Shown here: positions 10,139-17,654 of the stretch, piece by piece
Layout: each line of letters begins with the position of its first letter
Position numbering within the stretch: the stretch's first letter is position 1
DNA from: Candidatus Geothermincola primus
GTDB lineage: Bacteria > Actinomycetota > Geothermincolia > Geothermincolales > Geothermincolaceae
NCBI GenBank assembly: GCA_015711725.1
Contig: JACVIX010000001.1
Span: 1 to 63,470, forward strand
DNA length: 63,470 nt
Direction: 5' to 3'
Made by a program: the position numbers and the translations under genes
The notes under the pieces: model-generated
The model's database searches: none
Told to the model about the DNA's origin: nothing
The model's input: the letters and a program-made list of their open reading frames with translations, nothing else

Positions 10139-11120
10139 GGTTTAAGACCTTTACCTCAGGCCCTCGGTCTATGGTGAGGCGGTAAGGTTCATCCAGCGAG
10201 AAAAGCTCGCCGTCAAGGGTGTACCCTTCGCTGCTCTCTATGACCAGATGGGAGGCTTTGCGGTTCCAATATACATCCTGAGGGAAAGGCTGTTTGTTGC
10301 CTCGAACCCACAATAATCGGTCCAAGCGCGAAACCATCTTTCCAAAAGGAAGGCTGGTGGAGAGGACGTAGAAATCACCATCTCCTTCATCGCGGAAGGG
10401 GTTAAAGGTAAGCACCACCCGTTTGAAGATCATCGCCAGTACGATGGTAAAGCTATCTCCAGGCATGGTGAATCCGTCGACAGTCACGCGCATAGGAGTG
10501 AGCCCAAAAACATCTCGGTAACGAGTGCTTTTTAAAAGGGCGGCCACCAAACATCTGATGAACAATTGAGCAGCGGCAAAAGGTCCTCCTTTGGTCTCGC
10601 GATAATAGAAGCGGTCAAAGCGGTATAGAGCGCCATTCCCGAAGAAAAAACCGTATTCGTGATGTATAGCGTCGCCCACCTCTACTTTGAGTCGTAAGGT
10701 GGGTATGCTGATGGAGGAGAGGGTTACCCTTCTTTCAATACATTGGACCAGTCGGCTGCAGATTTGATCGGGTTCTCCTTTTATCTGGAGATTGTCGGCT
10801 AGAACATTGAGGGTCCCCCCTCTGAGTGGAAATATCAAGGGTAGGTTATCATTGCTCTCCCCATAGAGGTTAATCATCCTGGTAAGCGCCCGCTGTAGGG
10901 TTCCGTCACCTCCGTTGAAGCAGATCAGTTTCTCTCCCCTTTGAACGAATCTTTCGATTACCCCGTCGATCTCCTCCAGAGTTTCGGTCTCCACAACCTC
11001 GCCTCTTTTTCCCACGATCTCGGGAAGGCGGAATTTTCTGTAGCGGCCGCCACGATTTTTTCCTGAAACCACATTAGTGATGACAGCGATCGATTCTATC
11101 TCGTGCAAGTTAGCCCCCAA
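10125..11120 (-). CDS. Diacylglycerol/lipid kinase family protein
   Basis: NxxSG, GGDGT, GGTLN and DGE motifs; 14-nt convergent overlap with the usp gene. Confidence 0.8.
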   Translation of the reverse strand: MGANLHEIESIAVITNVVSGKNRGGRYRKFRLPEIVGKRGEVVETETLEEIDGVIERFVQRGEKLICFNGGDGTLQRALTRMINLYGESNDNLPLIFPLRGGTLNVLADNLQIKGEPDQICSRLVQCIERRVTLSSISIPTLRLKVEVGDAIHHEYGFFFGNGALYRFDRFYYRETKGGPFAAAQLFIRCLVAALLKSTRYRDVFGLTPMRVTVDGFTMPGDSFTIVLAMIFKRVVLTFNPFRDEGDGDFYVLSTSLPFGKMVSRLDRLLWVRGNKQPFPQDVYWNRKASHLVIESSEGYTLDGELFSLDEPYRLTIDRGPEVKVLNPKFL

Positions 11121-11515
11121 AAATATTTACACTATGCAATGACAATTCATTTATTGCACTCATATTATAACATTTAGGATGATATGTTTGAGAAAGGACG
11201 CCTAAAGATTATGGTGACGTGGGGTTTAAAGAGAAATGCTTATCAAGGAGAGAACTAAAAAAGTAGTTTGGATATCACATAGCTGGGACAAATAATCTTC
11301 GATAATCTTAGACATTGAAAACTGGTGAGGGCTGGGTTGTTGCCAAAGTTATTTGCAGAAAATAATTGGGTGATAGGAACTATCAAGCACTGCCATTCCC
11401 ATTCTATTTCGGATTCTAGGGCAGAAATATATAAAAACGAATTATCCTACATCAACGTGGTCCATTGGGCCACCAACCGAATCTTATTCCCCTGGTGATC
11501 TCCTGAGGCTACCGA

Positions 11516-12577
11516 TTAAGATATGCTGACGATACTTCCCACCACCCCAATAATTGATGAGGCGATAAAAAGGTAGATTCCCACGCCCATTGAGAAGTTC
11601 AGCGAGATGAAGCTATAGAGGTTAGCCCCGGACATCCCCAGCGCCAGGAGGGAAAAGATCATGGCTAAGACGCCGAATACCTTGCTTCTGGTCAAAAGGA
11701 TAAGTAAAGCCATCAACACCAAAAGCCCTCCCGCGATCAAGGAGCACATCCCGGTGAATAACGGCTTTCCTTCGTCTATGTCGAAGAATTTATTGTCTAC
11801 GAAATCTTTAGTCTGCCAACCTGTTAAAGAGACGGTTATGCCCCTTGTCCTATTGCTAATCCAGGGCAAGAATGTGGAACCAAGCAAAACGGCCCCGCAT
11901 ATCAATATGATTACAACTCCAACAATCATGCGGCTGTCCATTCTTCTTGCCCCATATACCTGGGGAGCGGCCGCTTGCGCCCCCGTATATGGATAGGCGG
12001 GGCGCGGAGGCTGGGCCTCTGGGGTTGGTTGATATGATGGTGCCGCATAGGGTTGTCCTGGTGGCGTGGGGGGTTGGTAAATGGGTGGAGGCGATATAGG
12101 AGGAGCTTCAGGTTGGGGAGCCGCGGGAGAAACCGAAGGAGGCTGCGCCACTGAGGGCGTTACTTGTGGTTGGGAGACAGTGGGCGCCTCGGCGATGCTT
12201 GGCTGCGCTTGCGGCTCACCTTGTATCGCCGCTTGTTCCTCTGGGGCTAGGGTAGATGGTGCCGTAACTTCAGGCATTGGAGGTGGGTGAGCTTCCATCG
12301 GCTCCTTCGTCACCGGCATGGCCTGCGTGAGCGATTCATCCGTCGATGGCACGCTTGGGGTGGGAGGAACTATAGTCATCGCTTCTTGAGGAGGAGGTGT
12401 GGGCTCCGTCTGTATAGCCGCGCCCTCCGGAGGGGAAACAACGGCTGTGGTTTCCATACCTTCTTCCGTCGTTGTAATGGAAGTCTTTATTTCCGGGAAC
12501 TTAGATCCGCAGGACATGCAGAATTTGGCCCCGTCTCGGTTTTCCTTGCCGCATTCGGGACAGAATATTGCCATCAC
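11516..12577 (-). CDS. Zinc-ribbon membrane protein with Pro-rich linker
   Basis: FCPECG...FCMSCG, long P/T/A-rich region, four C-terminal hydrophobic helices. Confidence 0.8.
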   Translation of the reverse strand: MMAIFCPECGKENRDGAKFCMSCGSKFPEIKTSITTTEEGMETTAVVSPPEGAAIQTEPTPPPQEAMTIVPPTPSVPSTDESLTQAMPVTKEPMEAHPPPMPEVTAPSTLAPEEQAAIQGEPQAQPSIAEAPTVSQPQVTPSVAQPPSVSPAAPQPEAPPISPPPIYQPPTPPGQPYAAPSYQPTPEAQPPRPAYPYTGAQAAAPQVYGARRMDSRMIVGVVIILICGAVLLGSTFLPWISNRTRGITVSLTGWQTKDFVDNKFFDIDEGKPLFTGMCSLIAGGLLVLMALLILLTRSKVFGVLAMIFSLLALGMSGANLYSFISLNFSMGVGIYLFIASSIIGVVGSIVSIS

Positions 12578-13007
12578 CCAACACCCCTTTCAAGACAGCT
12601 ATCACGCCATCCGTTTTCCGATCGGGTAGTAATAAATTACTCATAAATTATATCACTATATTCCATTCTGTAAGCGAATAACTAAACATTTAAGAGTCGT
12701 ACAAAGGGAAATTTAGTTTGTTTTATCCGCCGAGTAATGGTTATTTATTGGAATTGTATCCTGGATATGCTTCGCTTTATATTTAATGAGCGTTTTTTCA
12801 GTATCACTATTGATTGTGAGTTTAAAGATATAGACAGATCACGAGCTTGATATTTTCAATTCCAGTAGATGGTTTAAAGCAGTGTTTGACAGATTCTCCC
12901 CATCTCTCAAAAAGCATCGCCCAGAGGCGACAAGGAATTTCATCAGGTTTGTTATGATTTCCTGAATCGTTAAGGAAATCTATGGCTGGGATAGAGACTC
13001 GTAAAAA

Positions 13008-14483
13008 TCAAGCTATTGGTCTTGCGTCCACTATCCTCCTCTCTTTAGCTTGGGTATCCATACCCAGACGCTCCAGCAGCTCTTCCAGATCCATGAAGAT
13101 AATCCGGTTGGGAATGACCCCCAGATCAGTTTTTACTAGAACTTCCAATTCTTTGCCCAGGTTTTCCAGGTCTACCCCTTCCAGCGGAGCGATATAGAGG
13201 TACAGTTCATCGAGATCATAGGGGTCATCGTTATGCTTGCGCAGCTCCAGTTGCCACTCCTGAACCTCGGGATGCCCGGATAGCAATGGGTAGAAGGCAT
13301 TGAGGTCTACCAATTCTCCCTTCACCTTAGTAAGATTGAACTCTTTGTACTCGGAGAGGCGGGTAATGGTGCTGCCTAACCTGGGAACCGTCCTCCCACA
13401 ATATGGGCAAGGTTCATAACTAATGCCCTCCTTGACCAGGTCGCCAGTGCGATATCTTAAAAGCACGCTACCTCTCCAGTTCAGTGATGTATATACCACT
13501 TCACCTTCCTCTCCCTCACCCACGACCTCCCCGGTCTCGGGGTCGATGATTTCGATAATCTCCCGATCGGGGAAGAGATGATAACCGGATGACACCCCCT
13601 TTATTACGGAAGGCCGACACTCTCCCCAAGCCACTCTCCCCTCGGTGAATGCGTAAGATGCAAGGGTGATTGCCTCTTCAGCACCCGAGTTCTTCAGCAT
13701 ATCGTTAATCTTTTTTTTCAATCCCGCAGGGACATGGTCTGCGCCAAGCACCAACGTTTTAAGGGAGGAAAGATCGGCATTGATTGCCGCTGCCTTTCTT
13801 AACAGGTGGTAACAGTAGCTGGGCGTGGAAACCAGTATCGTTCCCCGAAATCGCTGAAGCAGCTCCAGTATTCGGTTGGGCTCCATGATCCTTCCTCCAC
13901 CGGTGTGAATTGACTTGATATGAAGGACATCGGCTGTGAGGTAAGCCATCCAGAAAGCCAAGTGAGGGGCGAAGGGAAAGGCGTTGACAAAAACGTCGGT
14001 CTGGTTTAGTTCAAAGAGCTCTCCAATTCTTCTGCCGCATTCGCGGGTTAGCTCTAGGTCATAAGGAGTATAGAAGATAGGGGTGGGAAGCGCCGTTCTG
14101 CCGGTAGTGAAATGCACGTGGCTAGGATTGAACTCATCCAGAACCCTCTTCTCAAATTTCTCTTTTCCCAAGGTAAGGCGAGCCCACCAATTTTTCAGTC
14201 TCCCCCTTTCCTTATCCTCCCTACTTTGAGGATCTAAAACGAACTGAAGAGGCCTATCCGGCTCATCCGGAGAGGGGGCTATGTCGGCTTTGGTGGTGAA
14301 GGGAATATTCTGAAAATCTTTGAGAGTTTGAATCTTCCTAGGATTTATACCCTGCTGGTCGAAGAGCTTACGATAGTAGGGACTATAAGGATATACCTTC
14401 TCTCGTAAATACCATATAAGCTTGGACTCCTGGGCCAATCTTATCTGTTTCGGTGGTAGGGTATCCCAATAGGACTTAGCCAT
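13008..14483 (-). CDS. Phenylacetate-CoA ligase family (AMP-binding) protein
   Basis: PFTTKAD, TTGRT P-loop, YAFTE, LRYRTGD. Confidence 0.8.
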   Translation of the reverse strand: MAKSYWDTLPPKQIRLAQESKLIWYLREKVYPYSPYYRKLFDQQGINPRKIQTLKDFQNIPFTTKADIAPSPDEPDRPLQFVLDPQSREDKERGRLKNWWARLTLGKEKFEKRVLDEFNPSHVHFTTGRTALPTPIFYTPYDLELTRECGRRIGELFELNQTDVFVNAFPFAPHLAFWMAYLTADVLHIKSIHTGGGRIMEPNRILELLQRFRGTILVSTPSYCYHLLRKAAAINADLSSLKTLVLGADHVPAGLKKKINDMLKNSGAEEAITLASYAFTEGRVAWGECRPSVIKGVSSGYHLFPDREIIEIIDPETGEVVGEGEEGEVVYTSLNWRGSVLLRYRTGDLVKEGISYEPCPYCGRTVPRLGSTITRLSEYKEFNLTKVKGELVDLNAFYPLLSGHPEVQEWQLELRKHNDDPYDLDELYLYIAPLEGVDLENLGKELEVLVKTDLGVIPNRIIFMDLEELLERLGMDTQAKERRIVDARPIA

Positions 14484-14934
14484 TTACACACCCCCTCTGG
14501 ATTCGATCGTCAACCTTTAGCGCTTCCTCGCTCCTTTTCTCTAACTTTTTCTAATCGATCCCAAAAACGTCTTCTATACATGGTATAGAAAATGCGTACC
14601 GATTACCAGACTCGTTAGAAATAACATTTATGAAATCACCTTTTCTCCCCTTTAGTTCTCTTTTTCGCAAAACATTAGGGTAAAAAAACCTTTTTTATCT
14701 ATAAAGTTTCTAAGTAAACGATACGGCACTACAGAAGATAATAAAGAGGCTAATCGACTTTGCTTTAGCATAAGAAACGCTTTGTTATCTGGTTCTGTCA
14801 TTATGCTAAAGCGTCTAATTGGTGTTGAGTCAGAGAAGGTCTTATGTAGGCGAAATGAGCTAGATTATGTGACCGCGGGATAGCTTTGGATGAGAATGTT
14901 TTAAATCATGTCCGAAAAAAGATACCATGGTAAC

Positions 14935-14950
14935 ATACCTCTAGGGGTAT
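14935..14950. promoter_or_regulatory. CsoR/RcnR-family operator (ATACCT-CTAG-GGGTAT)
   Basis: Fits the ATACCC-N4-GGGTAT CsoR-type palindrome; 18 nt before the ferredoxin start; close to identical to the site at 35472-35493. Confidence 0.7.
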
Positions 14951-14968
14951 ATAGAGAGTTGATGAAAG

Positions 14969-15178
14969 ATGAGATTCAAAATGCCCTGGATTGATGTGGA
15001 GAGATGCGACGTTGGGGAAGTCTGTGGAGAGTGCAGAGCATCGAAGCTTTGTCCCAACGGAGCTTTCCTGGTACTCTCGGATGACGGAGAGTGCCGTGTG
15101 GCGATCGATTTCGAAAGATGTAAGCGATGCGGCGATTGTTCCCACGCCTGTGATCGTGGTGCGGTGAAGATGGTTTGA
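14969..15178 (+). CDS. Small 4Fe-4S dicluster-type ferredoxin
   Basis: CDVGEVCGEC...CP and CKRCGDCSHAC motifs. Confidence 0.8.
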   Translation: MRFKMPWIDVERCDVGEVCGECRASKLCPNGAFLVLSDDGECRVAIDFERCKRCGDCSHACDRGAVKMV

Positions 15179-15208
15179 GCAGGAAGATTGTCGAGGAGGA
15201 GTTTGTAA

Positions 15209-15640
15209 ATGGGGGACAAGAGTTACGAGTTTCTAGAGCGGTATCATTACGCAGTGGTAAAGTCCAATCAAGGAAGCTTGGATAAGTTGAAGGCGCGGAT
15301 AGGATCGGAATGGGCGAACATGATGAAGGGTAGATATGGAAAGATCGAAGAAGCGAAGAAATTTTCCCATTGTATAGAAAGTTTTCTTAAAGATGATCTC
15401 GCTCTCTGCGATAGCGTAAATGCCAAGGAGGAAGACGACCATTTCTCTATAGATATAAAGGGATGTCGTCTATGCTATGGAAACGAAAGATTGCGCAGGG
15501 AAAATTTACCTGCTCTTTGTCCCGTAACGGCTATGGGCCTTTCGAGTATATCAAGAGTACGCGGCAGAAAGGCTACATTGAAAGATGTGATGAAGAAAGG
15601 GGTAGTGGGTGAGTGCAATATCAATTATAAACTTCGCTAG
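15209..15640 (+). CDS. Cys-rich V4R/methanogen-output-domain-like protein
   Basis: SD GAGGAGGAG; GCRLC...CP...C pattern; directly after the ferredoxin. Confidence 0.6.
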   Translation: MGDKSYEFLERYHYAVVKSNQGSLDKLKARIGSEWANMMKGRYGKIEEAKKFSHCIESFLKDDLALCDSVNAKEEDDHFSIDIKGCRLCYGNERLRRENLPALCPVTAMGLSSISRVRGRKATLKDVMKKGVVGECNINYKLR

Positions 15641-15757
15641 ATATGTCTGACATGGAAAGCATTCTGTTGTTATGCGTTTTAGCTGGTCGAGCGATATTAT
15701 GTTTTAATATTTGAAAAAATAACAAATCAAGATAGAGAAAGGGGGATAGAAGAAAAG

Positions 15758-15850
15758 ATGAAACGATTCATGGTACCGCGCGTAGCGCACTGTTCCGAAG
15801 GTTGTTGAATTTGGACCTGAGCAGGTCATAAAAAGGCTCCAAATTTTTAG
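15758..15850 (+). CDS. Candidate mini-selenoprotein MKRFMVPRVAHCSEGC(U)IWT(U/stop)AGHKKAPNF
   Basis: Purine-rich SD-like GGGGGA, ATG 15758, in-frame TGA at 15806 and 15818, TAG at 15848; hairpin containing GCAGGUC just after the first UGA; not in the ORF track. Confidence 0.5.
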
Positions 15851-15881
15851 CGTATATTCTGAGCTTTAGAGTTGATGTAAG

Positions 15882-15909
15882 AGGACACGCTCGACGTGTC
15901 CTTTTATTT
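15882..15909 (+). terminator. Intrinsic terminator
   Basis: AGGACACG-ctcga-CGTGTCCT followed by TTTATTT. Confidence 0.75.
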
Positions 15910-15990
15910 GGCTATAAACGTGATGCTCTTATGAATATTTTGCAATTTCGTGCCATGAGAAATAGCCAGCTCATATTGTTAATAAAGTGA

Positions 15991-16019
15991 TTGTCGGTTA
16001 GACATTATTGTGATATATT
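15991..16019 (+). promoter_or_regulatory. Sigma70-type promoter with no downstream CDS
   Basis: TTGTCG-N17-TATATT with extended -10 TG. Confidence 0.5.
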
Positions 16020-16026
16020 TGAAAAA

Positions 16027-16301
16027 GAGAGATTTAGCTCCCGAGAGTAAGCGAGATTGCGGGGATCTCCGCTGTGAGAATTAAAAAAGGCTTATACTCG
16101 GGAGCTATCCATTTGCGGAAAAACCAATGTGCGCCAACGAAGAATAAGAGCGTTCCTATGGTTATCCTCTACTAGTTTCCTCAAGGCCCTCCGTTGTTAT
16201 TATCCTGCAAAGTGTCGAGGTTATCGGAGAGGTTTGGTGCGATGCTAACGCTTATTAAAAATCACGTTTTAACCGGCTTTGAAGGTAAGCCGGGTTTTAT
16301 T
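16027..16301 (+). ncRNA. Candidate structured ncRNA
   Basis: Lies between the promoter above and a + strand terminator; 18-bp stem 16035-16052/16090-16107 with an inner hairpin; no convincing ORF. Confidence 0.35.
16273..16301 (+). terminator. Intrinsic terminator hairpin (U-tract on + strand; may also serve the convergent adh gene)
   Basis: CCGGCTT-tgaaggt-AAGCCGG then GTTTTATT. Confidence 0.6.
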
Positions 16302-16331
16302 GTGTCGCGGTTTTCTTCCCCTACCAGACAA

Positions 16332-17486
16332 CTAAAGAGACTTTCGAAAGATATTCACGATGTCATCAAGAATAGTCTCACGGGGATTGGAAGAACGCAG
16401 CCTTGTATTGAGAAAGGCCTCGGCGGCGAGCATCTCTAGACTGTTTGATTTTATCCCCAGCTCGCGCAGGGATTTCGGGAGAGGAAGCCTTTGTAGCAGC
16501 GCTTTAACTGCGTCAATTGCCTTCTTTCCCGCCGTTGTGGCTGGCAATCCAGTCACGTCCTCTCCCATAGCTTGGGCAAGCTCGCGGTAGAGATGGGGAC
16601 GCGCTTCCAGGTTAAATTCCATCACCGAAGCGATGAGTAGCGCGTTGGCAACCCCATGTGGCACGTGGAAATGAGCTCCTAAAGCGTGAGCCATAGCGTG
16701 GGTAAGACCCAGTCCCGCATTGGTGAAGGCCATCCCCGCTATCATACTGGCGAGGGATAGATTTCTTCTTGCCTCGAGATCCTCGCCATCACTACATGCG
16801 CGCTCCAGATTGGCGAATATAAGTTGTACGGCTCGGAAGGAAAGCCCCTGGGTAGGTGCCCACGCCCTCCGGGATACATAGGATTCGACCGCATGGGTTA
16901 GGGCATCCATCCCCGTTGAAGCGGTAAGGGCGGGAGGCATGCTTACGGTGAGAGAGGGATCCACTATCGATAGGGTCGGATATATATTGGGGCTCACGAT
17001 GGACATCTTCTGTTTCCTCTGGCGGTCAGTAATAACCGCCACCGAGGTGGCTTCGCTGCCTGTCCCGGATGTAGTCGGGATCGCCAAGATAGGACGAGCT
17101 CGGTTGCGTATGTTTCCCACTCCCGCCCATTCCGAAACGGGTCCTTGGTTAGTGAGGAGTGCGGAGATAATCTTGGCGGCGTCTAAAGGACTTCCCCCTC
17201 CAAGCCCGATCACAAAATCGCACCCGGTTTCGGAGGCAATTTTTCCTCCGGTCACCACCGTTTCGATGGAGGGGTCGGACTCCACCTGGTCGAAATGAAC
17301 GCATTCGATACCCTGTTCCTTCAGGTTTTTTTTGAGAAATTCTACAGCGGGAAGATTCTTGGTGGCGGTTGATCCCGTGACCAGAAGGGCTTTTTTCCCA
17401 AAGTTAGAGAGAAAGCTCTTGAGCTCTTCTAAGCAACCTTCGCCAAAGATTATCTGCACTGGAAAACGGAAGACGTTTGATCCCAT
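16332..17486 (-). CDS. Iron-containing alcohol dehydrogenase
   Basis: GGGSPLD, PTTSGTGSE, DALTHAVE, HAMAH, HG motifs; ATG 17486 with SD GAGGTG. Confidence 0.9.
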   Translation of the reverse strand: MGSNVFRFPVQIIFGEGCLEELKSFLSNFGKKALLVTGSTATKNLPAVEFLKKNLKEQGIECVHFDQVESDPSIETVVTGGKIASETGCDFVIGLGGGSPLDAAKIISALLTNQGPVSEWAGVGNIRNRARPILAIPTTSGTGSEATSVAVITDRQRKQKMSIVSPNIYPTLSIVDPSLTVSMPPALTASTGMDALTHAVESYVSRRAWAPTQGLSFRAVQLIFANLERACSDGEDLEARRNLSLASMIAGMAFTNAGLGLTHAMAHALGAHFHVPHGVANALLIASVMEFNLEARPHLYRELAQAMGEDVTGLPATTAGKKAIDAVKALLQRLPLPKSLRELGIKSNSLEMLAAEAFLNTRLRSSNPRETILDDIVNIFRKSL

Positions 17487-17654
17487 TCCTTGCACCTCTC
17501 TCGTAAACCAGGTTAGATAAAAATAAGGTAACCGAGACGTATCTAGTTTAATCACTTAAGAGGTAAAGCGTCAAACCATGGCGAAGACAATTGCAATGAG
17601 GAATAATAATAGTGATATATTCTCTTCCCATTATCTTTGGTAGGGGGATTTAAG

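Noticed and set aside
14484..14640. Short minus-strand ORFs upstream of the CoA ligase (MLFLTSLVIG..., MYRRRFWDRL...)
   Set aside because: Under 25 codons, no clear SD or motif
16194..16439. 81-aa + strand ORF with an SD-like GGAGAGG before ATG 16242
   Set aside because: Runs through a terminator and antisense into the adh gene; no recognisable motif
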